This document shows positions 1 through 8,513 of a stretch of DNA of 24,000 nucleotides, piece by piece; positions within the stretch are counted from its first letter, which is position 1, and every line of letters begins with the position of its first letter. The stretch is taken from the NCBI GenBank assembly GCA_036659415.1, contig JAVXCQ010000015.1:18579-42578 (forward strand), in the 5' to 3' direction. The stretch comes from Acidaminococcaceae bacterium (GTDB lineage: Bacteria; Bacillota; Negativicutes; Acidaminococcales; Acidaminococcaceae). The position numbers and the translations under genes were made by a program. Under the pieces are notes generated by a model. The model saw nothing but the letters and a program-made list of their open reading frames with translations, was not told the origin of the DNA and made no database searches.

Positions 1-66
1 CTTCCCATTGGCGCTGAACAGTTAGCCACGATTACGGGTGGTATTTGGGTCGAAGCCAGTAAATAA
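1..66 (+). CDS. 3' end of an unidentified upstream gene (…LPIGAEQLATITGGIWVEASK*)
   Basis: Frame 1 is the only + frame open from position 1. It ends at TAA 64-66 and is followed by a hairpin plus T-run. Too short to assign a family. Confidence 0.4.
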   Translation, partial: LPIGAEQLATITGGIWVEASK

Positions 67-85
67 AAAAGCAAAATTACTAGTG

Positions 86-136
86 AAAAAAGACGCAGGA
101 AGGCTGGGAAACCAAGCTTTCGGGCGTCTTTTTTTT
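86..136 (+). terminator. Rho-independent terminator of the upstream gene
   Basis: AAGACGC (90-96) pairs with GCGTCTT (124-130). The interior is imperfectly paired and a T8 run follows (129-136). Confidence 0.55.
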
Positions 137-172
137 ATTTGGTAAAATTTGCTGAGTTTTAGCAAGAATTAC

Positions 173-201
173 TTGTTTTTCCCGAAAATTAAGGATATAA
201 T
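173..201 (+). promoter_or_regulatory. Sigma-A-type promoter of the dcw cluster (Pmra)
   Basis: -35 TTGTTT (173-178), exact 17-nt spacer, -10 TATAAT (196-201). Lies about 40 nt upstream of the mraZ start. Confidence 0.6.
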
Positions 202-206
202 GGGGA

Positions 207-236
207 AAAGTGGTGGAAAGTGGTGAAAAATGTGAG
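207..236 (+). promoter_or_regulatory. Putative MraZ operator: three tandem 10-bp direct repeats
   Basis: AAAGTGGTGG / AAAGTGGTGA / AAAATGTGAG, head to tail at 207-216, 217-226 and 227-236, directly downstream of the -10 box. MraZ operators in E. coli and mollicutes are GTG(G/T)-containing direct repeats with 10-bp periodicity at the mra promoter. Confidence 0.5.
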
Positions 237-240
237 CGAA

Positions 241-672
241 TTGTTGATGGGCGAGTTTCAACATAATATCGATGCTAAAGGTCGCTTATTTATGCCTGCC
301 AAACTTCGTGAAGCACTGAGTGACCACTTTGTTGTAACTAGGGGTTTAGATGGCTGTTTATTTGTGTATGACAACCAAAACTGGGAAGTCTTGGTGAACA
401 AATTAAAACAAGCCACGATGATGAAAAAAGAAGCTCGTGACGTTGCTCGTTATTTTTTTGCGGGAGCAACTGAAGTAGAGTGTGATAAGCAAGGCAGAAT
501 TTTGTTGCCGCTGACGCTCCGCACTCATGCGGCACTGGACAAAGATACGGTGATTGTAGGTGTGGGTAATCGTGCAGAAATCTGGGATGCTCAAAGGTGG
601 CAGAGTTATAATGCGGTGATTAGTGCAGAGGTAACCGAGAATGTAGAACAGTTGGTGGACTTGGGTATCTAA
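241..672 (+). CDS. mraZ: Transcriptional regulator MraZ
   Basis: Two SpoVT/AbrB-type halves, each with a DxxGR motif (DAKGRLFMPAKLR and DKQGRILLPLTLR). First gene of the dcw cluster. The longest ORF starts at GTG 220, inside the operator repeats. TTG 241 gives MLMGEF…, 143 aa, matching the usual MraZ N-terminus as I recall it. ATG 247 is an alternative start. Confidence 0.93.
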   Translation: MLMGEFQHNIDAKGRLFMPAKLREALSDHFVVTRGLDGCLFVYDNQNWEVLVNKLKQATMMKKEARDVARYFFAGATEVECDKQGRILLPLTLRTHAALDKDTVIVGVGNRAEIWDAQRWQSYNAVISAEVTENVEQLVDLGI

Positions 673-697
673 ACTCTTGAGAACGGATGTGATAAAA

Positions 698-1627
698 ATG
701 GAATTTGTTCATAAGAGTGTGTTACTGGCTGAAAGCATTGACTGGATGATTACGGCTCGAGATGGCATATATGTGGATTGTACGATGGGCGGGGCTGGGC
801 ATACCAAAGCGTTTGCCCAGCAGCTTACTGCCGCAGGTACAATCGTAGGTATAGACCAAGATGCTGATGCGATTAACGCAGCTGAGGGGCGACTGACGGA
901 GTTGGCGTGCAACGTGCAAGTGGTGCAGGCTAATTTCAAAAATTTTGCACAGGCTCTGGATAATTTGGGTATTGAACAAATAGATGGTATTTTCTTTGAT
1001 TTAGGGGTGTCTTCTTATCAGCTAGATACTCCGGCCAGAGGGTTTTCCTATATGCAGGACGGCCCTTTGGATATGAGAATGAATAAGGACAGCAAGCTGG
1101 ATGCGGCCTACATTATTAATCACTATGGGGCGGAAGAACTAAACGATATTATTTATCGCTATGGTGAAGAACGTTGGAGTAAACGCATTGTGGAGTTTAT
1201 TGTGGCGGCGAGAAAAATTAAGCCCTTAACTACCACGGGCGAGCTAGTGGAAATTATTAAAAATGCTATTCCTAAAGCGGCACGGCAAGATGGTCCGCAC
1301 CCAGCGAAAAGAACTTTTCAGGCGATTAGGATTGCGGTTAACGATGAACTAAATATTTTGGAACAGGTAGTAGAACAAGGGGTGGCTAGACTCAAAAGCG
1401 GTGGTCATATTGGTGTAATTACTTTTCATTCGCTAGAGGATCGAATCATTAAGCAAACCTTAGCTCGCTTAGCCAAAGGTTGTACTTGTCCTCCACAGTT
1501 TCCAATGTGTGTTTGTGGTAAAAAACCACTGGTCAAAAAATTAATTTCTATCAAGCCCAGTGAGGAAGAAATTACAGAAAATCCCCGCTCTAGGAGTGCA
1601 CGTCTTAGAGGGGCAATTAAAATTTAA
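698..1627 (+). CDS. rsmH: 16S rRNA (cytosine1402-N4)-methyltransferase RsmH/MraW
   Basis: SAM-binding motif DCTMGGAGHT, plus DLGVSSYQLD and FHSLEDR. Canonical position after mraZ. ATG 698 gives MEFVHKSVLL…, the typical N-terminus; the ORF could also start at TTG 677. Confidence 0.95.
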   Translation: MEFVHKSVLLAESIDWMITARDGIYVDCTMGGAGHTKAFAQQLTAAGTIVGIDQDADAINAAEGRLTELACNVQVVQANFKNFAQALDNLGIEQIDGIFFDLGVSSYQLDTPARGFSYMQDGPLDMRMNKDSKLDAAYIINHYGAEELNDIIYRYGEERWSKRIVEFIVAARKIKPLTTTGELVEIIKNAIPKAARQDGPHPAKRTFQAIRIAVNDELNILEQVVEQGVARLKSGGHIGVITFHSLEDRIIKQTLARLAKGCTCPPQFPMCVCGKKPLVKKLISIKPSEEEITENPRSRSARLRGAIKI

Positions 1628-1645
1628 CGGTGGGGGATAGGGACA

Positions 1646-2041
1646 ATGTTAGCTAGAAAATATGAAGCTTATGCTTGGGAGGAAAGCCTGGAAGCACCCC
1701 AAACGCAAGTAAGGAGTGACCGTAAGGCAACTGCACATAAATTATTGCGGCGACGCTTATTGGTGCTGTGCGCTTGTGTGCTGGCGTTTTATTTTATCTC
1801 GGTGGTACGTAGTGCAGCCTATGTGCGAATTTCGGATAGTTTAGTAGCCTTGAAACAACAGGAAGCTAGCTTATTATCGCAGAATGCTGAGCTAAAAATC
1901 GAAGTAGAAAGACTCAAAAGTCCCAGTCGCATTGCCAGTATTGCGCAAGGGCAATTGGGCATGGAGGTAGCACGTAATAATATTTATGTACAGGCAGAGA
2001 ATACGAATAATGCTTCTGGTGGGTATGCTTACGCACGGTGA
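1646..2041 (+). CDS. ftsL: Cell division protein FtsL (septum formation initiator family)
   Basis: 131 aa. Basic N-terminus, a single TM helix (LLVLCACVLAFYFISVV), then a coiled-coil stretch (LKQQEASLLSQNAELKIEVERLK). Canonical position after rsmH. RBS GGTGGGGG lies upstream. Confidence 0.8.
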   Translation: MLARKYEAYAWEESLEAPQTQVRSDRKATAHKLLRRRLLVLCACVLAFYFISVVRSAAYVRISDSLVALKQQEASLLSQNAELKIEVERLKSPSRIASIAQGQLGMEVARNNIYVQAENTNNASGGYAYAR

Positions 2042-2067
2042 AGAATATAGCCTTCTGTACACTTTTA

Positions 2068-2076
2068 TGATATAAT
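2068..2076 (+). promoter_or_regulatory. Extended -10 promoter element (TGaTATAAT) in the ftsL-murE spacer
   Basis: TGATATAAT at 2068-2076. The identical 10-mer ATGATATAAT recurs upstream of ftsZ (12700-12709) and nrdR (13971-13980). No convincing -35 box. Confidence 0.4.
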
Positions 2077-2096
2077 TTTTATAGTGATATGGAAAA

Positions 2097-2126
2097 GGCA
2101 GCCGTTTGGCTGCTCTTTCACTTTTT
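2097..2126 (+). other. Small GC hairpin plus U-rich tail in the murE leader
   Basis: GCAGCC (2098-2103), loop GTTT, GGCTGC (2108-2113), followed by TCTTTCACTTTTT. Sits between the putative promoter and the murE RBS GGAGGG (2127-2132). Confidence 0.35.
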
Positions 2127-2139
2127 GGAGGGTATTATT

Positions 2140-3630
2140 ATGGAAAAAAATCTTTTGGATTTATTGATAGTTATGCCTCAAGCTAAAGTTATGGGGCCAA
2201 TTGATCGCTTGGTAAGTGATGTGACGGCGGATTCCCGTGCTGTAAAAAAAGGAAGTTTATTTATTTGCCTTAAAGGGGCACACGTAGACGGACATAAATA
2301 TATTGAACAAGCGTACCGGGACGGTGCTGCTTGTGTGTTGGTAGAAGCCGAGGTCAAAGAACGCCCGGAGGGGCTGACGGTGATTCAGGTTAAAGATACG
2401 CGGGACGCTATGAGCCTAGTAGCACCGTGGTTTTTTGATTATCCAGGAAAGAAAATGCGGATGATTGGGGTCACTGGTACTAACGGTAAAACGACAACGA
2501 CCAATATTATTCGCTTAATTTTGTGCCAAGCTGGGTTTAAGGTCGGACTTATCGGAACGATTAATATTATGATTGGCGAGGAGATAGAGGTATCCAAAAA
2601 TACCACGCCGGATGTGGTGGATTTGGAACGAATTTTGTTCAGAATGCAACAGGCAGGCTGTCAGTATGTGGTGATGGAAGTATCTTCTCATGCGTTGGCT
2701 CTGAAACGGGTTGCCGGCTGTGAATATGATGTAGCGGTGTTGACGAATATCACCCAGGATCATTTGGATTTTCATGAAACTTTTGCGAATTATAGGGCGG
2801 CGAAAGCTACACTGTTCACGCATTTGCACGAGGGAACAAAACCTCATAAATGTGCGATTTTTAATATGGATGACCCTAGCTCGGCGCTTATTGCGGCGGA
2901 AACCCAGGCTCCAATTATGACTTTTGGTAAGGGGCAGACTAATGATATCTACCCGGTGACGTGGCAGGTAGCGGCCAAAGAGATGGAACTGGTGCTACAC
3001 ACGCCGGTGGGGGAAATGTCTTTAGTTTTGCGTATTACAGGTGAATTTAATGTTTATAATGTGATGTCGGCAGTAGCTGTCATGCTGGCGGAAAAGGTTG
3101 CTAAACAAACCATTGTTGATACTTTGCAGGGCTTTGCCGGGGTACCGGGAAGATTTCAGCTGGTAGAGGCGGGGCAACCGTATACGGTGATTGTGGATTA
3201 TGCGCATACGCCTGATGGTTTAGATAATGTACTGCGGACGGCTCGCTTGATTACCAAAGGTAAGCTGTGGGTAGTGTTTGGCTGTGGCGGTGACCGTGAT
3301 CATAAAAAACGTCCAATTATGGGCAGAATTGCTTTAGAATTGGCGGATAACCTGGTGGTAACGTCTGATAATCCTCGCTCGGAAGAACCGCAGAGAATTT
3401 TGGCGGATATAGCAAGGGGCTTGGCGGGGGTGCCGGCTGGGAAAAACGTCCAACAAATTATAGACCGCAAGGAAGCAATTAACTATGCTTTGGAGCAGGC
3501 GGCGGCGACGGACGTGATTTTGATTGCGGGTAAGGGGCACGAAAATTATCAAATTTTAAAAGACCAAACTATTCACTTTGATGATTGTGAAGTAGTGCGT
3601 GAATATTGGGCGGAAAAGGTAGCTAAATGA
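2140..3630 (+). CDS. murE: UDP-N-acetylmuramoyl-L-alanyl-D-glutamate--2,6-diaminopimelate ligase MurE
   Basis: Mur ligase P-loop GVTGTNGKTTT. The DNPR motif (TSDNPRSEEP) is characteristic of meso-DAP-adding MurE. Start ATG 2140 has GGAGGG 7 nt upstream; the 2089 start in the ORF track is an unsupported upstream extension. Confidence 0.95.
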   Translation: MEKNLLDLLIVMPQAKVMGPIDRLVSDVTADSRAVKKGSLFICLKGAHVDGHKYIEQAYRDGAACVLVEAEVKERPEGLTVIQVKDTRDAMSLVAPWFFDYPGKKMRMIGVTGTNGKTTTTNIIRLILCQAGFKVGLIGTINIMIGEEIEVSKNTTPDVVDLERILFRMQQAGCQYVVMEVSSHALALKRVAGCEYDVAVLTNITQDHLDFHETFANYRAAKATLFTHLHEGTKPHKCAIFNMDDPSSALIAAETQAPIMTFGKGQTNDIYPVTWQVAAKEMELVLHTPVGEMSLVLRITGEFNVYNVMSAVAVMLAEKVAKQTIVDTLQGFAGVPGRFQLVEAGQPYTVIVDYAHTPDGLDNVLRTARLITKGKLWVVFGCGGDRDHKKRPIMGRIALELADNLVVTSDNPRSEEPQRILADIARGLAGVPAGKNVQQIIDRKEAINYALEQAAATDVILIAGKGHENYQILKDQTIHFDDCEVVREYWAEKVAK

Positions 3631-5024
3631 TTACATTACAGACAGTTTTAGAGGCAACTGGGGGCAGGGCTAGCTGTGAAGAGGCGCTGGAATTTAGTGG
3701 TGTAACCACGGATTCACGAGCTGTCCGTCCGGGAAATCTGTTTGTGGCGTTAACAGGGGAAAAGTTTGATGGTCACGCTTATTGTGAGGTGGCCGTGGCA
3801 CAGGGTGCGAGTGCTGTTGTGATTGACAAGCCGGTGGCGGCTTTGGCGCTTGGGGCGGTGACGATTAGAGTCGATAATACGCTGGCTGCCTATCAACAAA
3901 TCGCCAAGGCTTACCGTCTGGCACAAAAAAATCTGCGGGTAGTGGCGGTGACCGGTTCGACTGGTAAAACGTCTACGAAAGATTTAATTGCGGCGTGTTT
4001 AGCAACGAAGTTCAAAGTGGTAAAAACTGAAGCTAATTTTAATAATGAAATCGGTTTGCCGAAAACCTTACTGTCGTTGACGCCAGCTACAGAGATAGCG
4101 GTGGTGGAAATGGGGATGCGGGGTTTAGGGCAAATCCGACAGCTAAAAGCACTGGCAGAACCTGATGCGGTAGTCATTACTAATGTGGGGGAAACCCATC
4201 TGGAACTACTGGGGAGCCTGGAAAATATCGCTAAGGCCAAAAGTGAAATTCTAGAGGGTTTAACGGCGGCTAATTTTGCGGTGCTTAATCTAGATGACCA
4301 CCGAGTGGCTCAAATGACCACCGCAGCTCAAGTGGTGGGGTTTGGTACGACCGGTGGAGAAACTATTTGCGCACGGGAGATTGTGACCGGCGGTACGGGA
4401 ACCAGTTTTGTCTACGAGAGCCAATTAACAAAAACTACACAGAAAATAACGATGCCGCTGATTGGTGTTCATAATGTGATGAATGCCTTGGCGGCTATTG
4501 GCGTTGCGGAGAAGTGGGGCGTGGAGCCGGCAGCTATTCGGCAAGCCTTGGCAGAAGTTAGCCTAAGTGGCGCACGACAGGCGATTACGACTTGTGGTAA
4601 AATAACTTTAATTAATGACGCATATAATGCCAGTCCGGCTTCTATGGCGGCGGCGTTACAAACTTTGGCGCAGGTGAAAGCTACCAGAGGTGACGGCGCT
4701 AGAACTCTGGCGGTGTTGGCAGATATGCTGGAATTAGGGGCGGGAGAAAAGGCGGCTCATGCACGGGTAGGCGCTTTAGCTGCCAGTAGTGGCGTGGATA
4801 TTTTGCTGGGCTATGGTGAGCTGACGCAGGCTACACTAGAGGCGGCTCAAGCCGCAGGCCTACCGAGGGTTATTTACTGTCGTGACAAAGAAGAGGCGGC
4901 GGCAAAACTGCAAGCGGTGGCGGTCGACGGTGATATTATTTTGTTTAAGGGGTCACATTCCATGGCTGTGGAGCAAGTGATAACCTTGGCTTTTGGTAAT
5001 AAACAAGTGGGAGATAGAATATAA
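3627..5024 (+). CDS. murF: UDP-N-acetylmuramoyl-tripeptide--D-alanyl-D-alanine ligase MurF
   Basis: P-loop AVTGSTGKTSTK and Mur ligase architecture. ATGA overlap with the murE stop. Canonical position. Confidence 0.95.
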   Translation: MITLQTVLEATGGRASCEEALEFSGVTTDSRAVRPGNLFVALTGEKFDGHAYCEVAVAQGASAVVIDKPVAALALGAVTIRVDNTLAAYQQIAKAYRLAQKNLRVVAVTGSTGKTSTKDLIAACLATKFKVVKTEANFNNEIGLPKTLLSLTPATEIAVVEMGMRGLGQIRQLKALAEPDAVVITNVGETHLELLGSLENIAKAKSEILEGLTAANFAVLNLDDHRVAQMTTAAQVVGFGTTGGETICAREIVTGGTGTSFVYESQLTKTTQKITMPLIGVHNVMNALAAIGVAEKWGVEPAAIRQALAEVSLSGARQAITTCGKITLINDAYNASPASMAAALQTLAQVKATRGDGARTLAVLADMLELGAGEKAAHARVGALAASSGVDILLGYGELTQATLEAAQAAGLPRVIYCRDKEEAAAKLQAVAVDGDIILFKGSHSMAVEQVITLAFGNKQVGDRI

Positions 5025-5987
5025 ATGGACGTAAATATTTTAGGGGCGGGGCTAACGGCTTTTGTCCTTTGTGCAGTGAGTGGACCGTTGGTTATCCCGG
5101 CTTTAGCGAAGCTTAAATTTGGACAAAGTATTAGAGATTGCGGACCGCAGTCACATCTGAAAAAAAGTGGCACGCCTACCATGGGCGGGCTAATGCTCTT
5201 ACTGGCGATTACCATTGCCACCTTGGTGTGGGTAAAGCTTTCGCCGGCGGTGTGGATTGCTTTAATTTTAATGTTGGGTCATGGGGTTATCGGTTTTATT
5301 GATGACTTCATTAAAGTGGTTTTAAAACGTAATTTGGGTTTAACGGCACGGCAAAAATTATTAATGCAATTTTTGTTGGCGGGTACGTATTTATTTTATT
5401 TGGAAATTCAGCCTACTCATGATTTGAGCGTAGCGGTGCCGGGAACGGCTCTGAGCTGGGATTTGGGTGTAGGCTACTATATTTTTGCGTTCTTATTGTT
5501 AGTGGGAACGACCAATGCGGTTAATTTGACGGACGGCTTGGATGGTTTGGCCAGCAGTGTGACTATTCCGGTGGCGTTGGCATATGCTTATATTGCTTAT
5601 ACGTTGGGTCAGCCGGAGCTGAGTGCTTTTGCGCTAACGCTGGTGGGGGCTTGTGGGGGCTTTTTGCTCTTTAATCGCCACCCAGCGAAAATTTTTATGG
5701 GTGATACTGGTTCTTTAGCTTTGGGCGGCGGCATTGCCGCTTTGGCACTGCTCACCAAAACCGAACTGCTGCTAGTGGTAATTGGGGGCATCTATGTGCT
5801 AGAAGCATTATCAGTGATTATTCAGGTATTGTATTTCAAAGCCACTGGGGGCAAACGCTTTTTTCGCATGAGTCCTATTCATCATCATTTTGAGTTGGGT
5901 GGTTGGCAGGAAACCAAGGTAGTCGGTGTTTTTGCGGGGGTTAGTTTACTTTTAGCGATAGTGGGAGTGTTACTTTTTACTATCTAG
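5025..5987 (+). CDS. mraY: Phospho-N-acetylmuramoyl-pentapeptide transferase MraY
   Basis: Polytopic membrane protein with GFIDDFIKV, NAVNLTDGLDGLA and MGDTGSLALGG motifs. Starts immediately after the murF stop. Confidence 0.96.
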   Translation: MDVNILGAGLTAFVLCAVSGPLVIPALAKLKFGQSIRDCGPQSHLKKSGTPTMGGLMLLLAITIATLVWVKLSPAVWIALILMLGHGVIGFIDDFIKVVLKRNLGLTARQKLLMQFLLAGTYLFYLEIQPTHDLSVAVPGTALSWDLGVGYYIFAFLLLVGTTNAVNLTDGLDGLASSVTIPVALAYAYIAYTLGQPELSAFALTLVGACGGFLLFNRHPAKIFMGDTGSLALGGGIAALALLTKTELLLVVIGGIYVLEALSVIIQVLYFKATGGKRFFRMSPIHHHFELGGWQETKVVGVFAGVSLLLAIVGVLLFTI

Positions 5988-6012
5988 AAAAAGTGAAGGG
6001 AGCGTTAGGAAA

Positions 6013-7368
6013 ATGCCGGAGAAAAAATATATTTTGGTCTACGGGGCGGGCATTAGCGGCTGCGGCGTGGCGGAAGTGTTAGCGAATCACGGTGAACGGG
6101 TGGTGCTCTATAATGATGAACCGAAAGCCATTACGCCCCAATTAGAGGAGCTGCTGGTAAGGCAGGGTGGAGCATATCTGTGTACTGCGTTACCGCCGAC
6201 CTTGCTGGCACAAGTGGGACAACTGGTGCTGTCCCCAGGGATTGCTTTTGATTGTCCGCTAGCGGTGAGTTTAAGAACGCACGGGATTGAAACCGTGAGC
6301 GAAGTGGAAATAGCTAGTCGCTTGTATTCGGGGCAAATGATTGCCATTACAGGAACAAATGGTAAAACTACAACGACGATGTTGGTGGGCGCTATGCTAG
6401 CGTGTTTACCGGTAAAAACCGCAGTGGGGGGCAATATCGGTCTTGCTCTTTCTAAAGAAATTGGGGGACTGGACGCTACGAGCTGGCTGGCAGCTGAGCT
6501 ATCTAGTTTTCAGTTGGAAGGTGTGCAAACACTAAAACCTAAAATTGCAGTAATCCTTAACATCACGCCTGACCATTTGGAACGGCATGGTACGATGGCT
6601 AATTATAGTGCGGCTAAAAAGAAAATTTTTAGTCGGCAAACCGCAGAAGATATTACGATTTTAAATGCCGATGACCCACTGGTAGCGGCTTGTGCTACTG
6701 AAACCAGGGGAAGAGTTTGCTTCATCAGCCGCAAACAAATTTTGCCTGAGGGTATTTATCTGCAAGCGGGAGAGTTTGTGCTGGCGTGGCAGGGTGAAAC
6801 AACTGCTATTTGCAGGGTGGAGGAACTCAAAATCTTTGGGGCACATAATGAAGAAAACGTGCTAGCTGCTATTGGGTGTGCGTTTTTTGCCGGAGTTACC
6901 AAGGCGGCTATCAAAAAGGTGCTGTGCACTTTTGAGGGTGTGGAGCACCGTCTAGAATATGTAAGGACTGTAGCGGGCGTCAAATACTACAATGATTCCA
7001 AGGCGACTAATCCGGATTCGACCATGAAAGCTTTAGAGTCCTTTTCCGGACAGGTGATTTTACTGGCGGGCGGGCATGATAAAATGACCGAGCTAGAGCC
7101 ACTGATGGAACTGGTGCGGGCTAAAACTGAGGTTTTAATTCTTTTGGGTGAAGCAAAAGAACGTTTTGGGGCGGCAGCTAAGGCTGGCGGCGTGACTAAT
7201 GTTCAGATGGTTAATTCGTTTGAGGAAGCGGTGGCACTGGCCTACAAGCTGGCAACTGCGCCGCAGGTGGTTTTGTTGTCACCGGCGTGTTCTTCCTATG
7301 ATATGTTTGATAATTTCCCGCAACGGGGCTGTTATTTTAAAAAATTGGTTAACCAATTAGGTGAGTAA
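6013..7368 (+). CDS. murD: UDP-N-acetylmuramoylalanine--D-glutamate ligase MurD
   Basis: N-terminal Rossmann motif GAGISG and P-loop ITGTNGKTTTT. Canonical position after mraY. Confidence 0.95.
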   Translation: MPEKKYILVYGAGISGCGVAEVLANHGERVVLYNDEPKAITPQLEELLVRQGGAYLCTALPPTLLAQVGQLVLSPGIAFDCPLAVSLRTHGIETVSEVEIASRLYSGQMIAITGTNGKTTTTMLVGAMLACLPVKTAVGGNIGLALSKEIGGLDATSWLAAELSSFQLEGVQTLKPKIAVILNITPDHLERHGTMANYSAAKKKIFSRQTAEDITILNADDPLVAACATETRGRVCFISRKQILPEGIYLQAGEFVLAWQGETTAICRVEELKIFGAHNEENVLAAIGCAFFAGVTKAAIKKVLCTFEGVEHRLEYVRTVAGVKYYNDSKATNPDSTMKALESFSGQVILLAGGHDKMTELEPLMELVRAKTEVLILLGEAKERFGAAAKAGGVTNVQMVNSFEEAVALAYKLATAPQVVLLSPACSSYDMFDNFPQRGCYFKKLVNQLGE

Positions 7369-7379
7369 GGGCGAGGAGG

Positions 7380-8513
7380 ATGAGCGTGAAGATTATTTTA
7401 TCCGGCGGTGGTACAGGCGGTCATATTTATCCGGCTGTAACTATTGCTGATTATTTAAAAAAAATACATCCGGAAGCCGAAATCACTTTTGTGGGTACTC
7501 GTGAAGGGTTAGAAAAAGATATTGTACCGCGGTATGGTTATCCTTTGGAATTCATTGAAGTGGCAGGGTTCAAAAGAAAACTAAGCTGGGATACAGTGGC
7601 GTCTTGCGGAAAACTTTTGGTCGGGCTAAATGAAGCACGAACGTTGTTAAATAAAATCAAACCAGACCTAGTCATTGGTACGGGGGGCTATGTATGCGGA
7701 CCTATTTTGTTGTGGGCGGCACTGCAGGGCATACCGACTTGTATTCAAGAACAAAATGCTATGCCGGGTGTAACCAATAAGATTTTGGCGCATTTTGTCA
7801 AAAAGGTTTTTCTCGGCTATGCCGAAGGTGCGAAGTTTTTTGGAGGCAAAGCGGAAAAAATTGTCACCGGTAATCCTATTCGCAAAGAGATTTTGGCGGC
7901 TGACCGTGTAACTGGTTTAGCAAAATGGAAGTTATCGCCGCAAAAAACGACGCTACTAGTTGCGGGGGGCAGTCGTGGGGCGCAAAGTATTAATAATGCC
8001 ATGGCACTAGTGGTGACGGCACTGGCTGGTCGTTCAGACGTCCAGGTACTGGTGGCGACGGGAGAAGTCGGTTATCGTGATTTCACAAAAAAAGTTGAAA
8101 AAAAAGTTTTATTGTCAGATAATATAAAGGTATTTCCGTACCTGCACGAAATGCCGCTAGCTTTAGCGGTAGCAGATCTAGCCGTTTTTCGAGCGGGGGC
8201 GGTGGGGCTGGCAGAATTAATGGCGAAGGGTATTCCCTCAATTTTAATTCCCTACCCCTATGCGACGGCTAATCATCAGGAGTATAACGCTAGAGCGATT
8301 GAGCGGGCGGGAGCGGCCACGGTCATACTCGACCAACAGTTGACGGGGAGTGTGCTTTTGGCGAGGATTGAAGAATTATTACAAAAAAAAGATAAATTGC
8401 AAACGATGCAGGCGGCAGCTCAAGCTTTGGGCAAGCCGGAAGCGGGAGCCAATATTGCTAGGCAGGCTTTAGCATTAATCAAAGGTGACAAAGGGGAGGT
8501 TTTGCGTTGTTAG
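7380..8513 (+). CDS. murG: Undecaprenyldiphospho-muramoylpentapeptide beta-N-acetylglucosaminyltransferase MurG
   Basis: N-terminal GGGTGGHIYPA motif and a GT28 two-domain layout. RBS GAGGAGG directly upstream. Confidence 0.95.
   Translation: MSVKIILSGGGTGGHIYPAVTIADYLKKIHPEAEITFVGTREGLEKDIVPRYGYPLEFIEVAGFKRKLSWDTVASCGKLLVGLNEARTLLNKIKPDLVIGTGGYVCGPILLWAALQGIPTCIQEQNAMPGVTNKILAHFVKKVFLGYAEGAKFFGGKAEKIVTGNPIRKEILAADRVTGLAKWKLSPQKTTLLVAGGSRGAQSINNAMALVVTALAGRSDVQVLVATGEVGYRDFTKKVEKKVLLSDNIKVFPYLHEMPLALAVADLAVFRAGAVGLAELMAKGIPSILIPYPYATANHQEYNARAIERAGAATVILDQQLTGSVLLARIEELLQKKDKLQTMQAAAQALGKPEAGANIARQALALIKGDKGEVLRC

Noticed and set aside
2089-2139. Upstream extension of murE (MEKAAVWLLFHFLEGII…) given in the ORF track
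   Set aside because: The extension would translate through the leader hairpin and the GGAGGG RBS. ATG 2140 has ideal RBS spacing and gives a normal MurE N-terminus.
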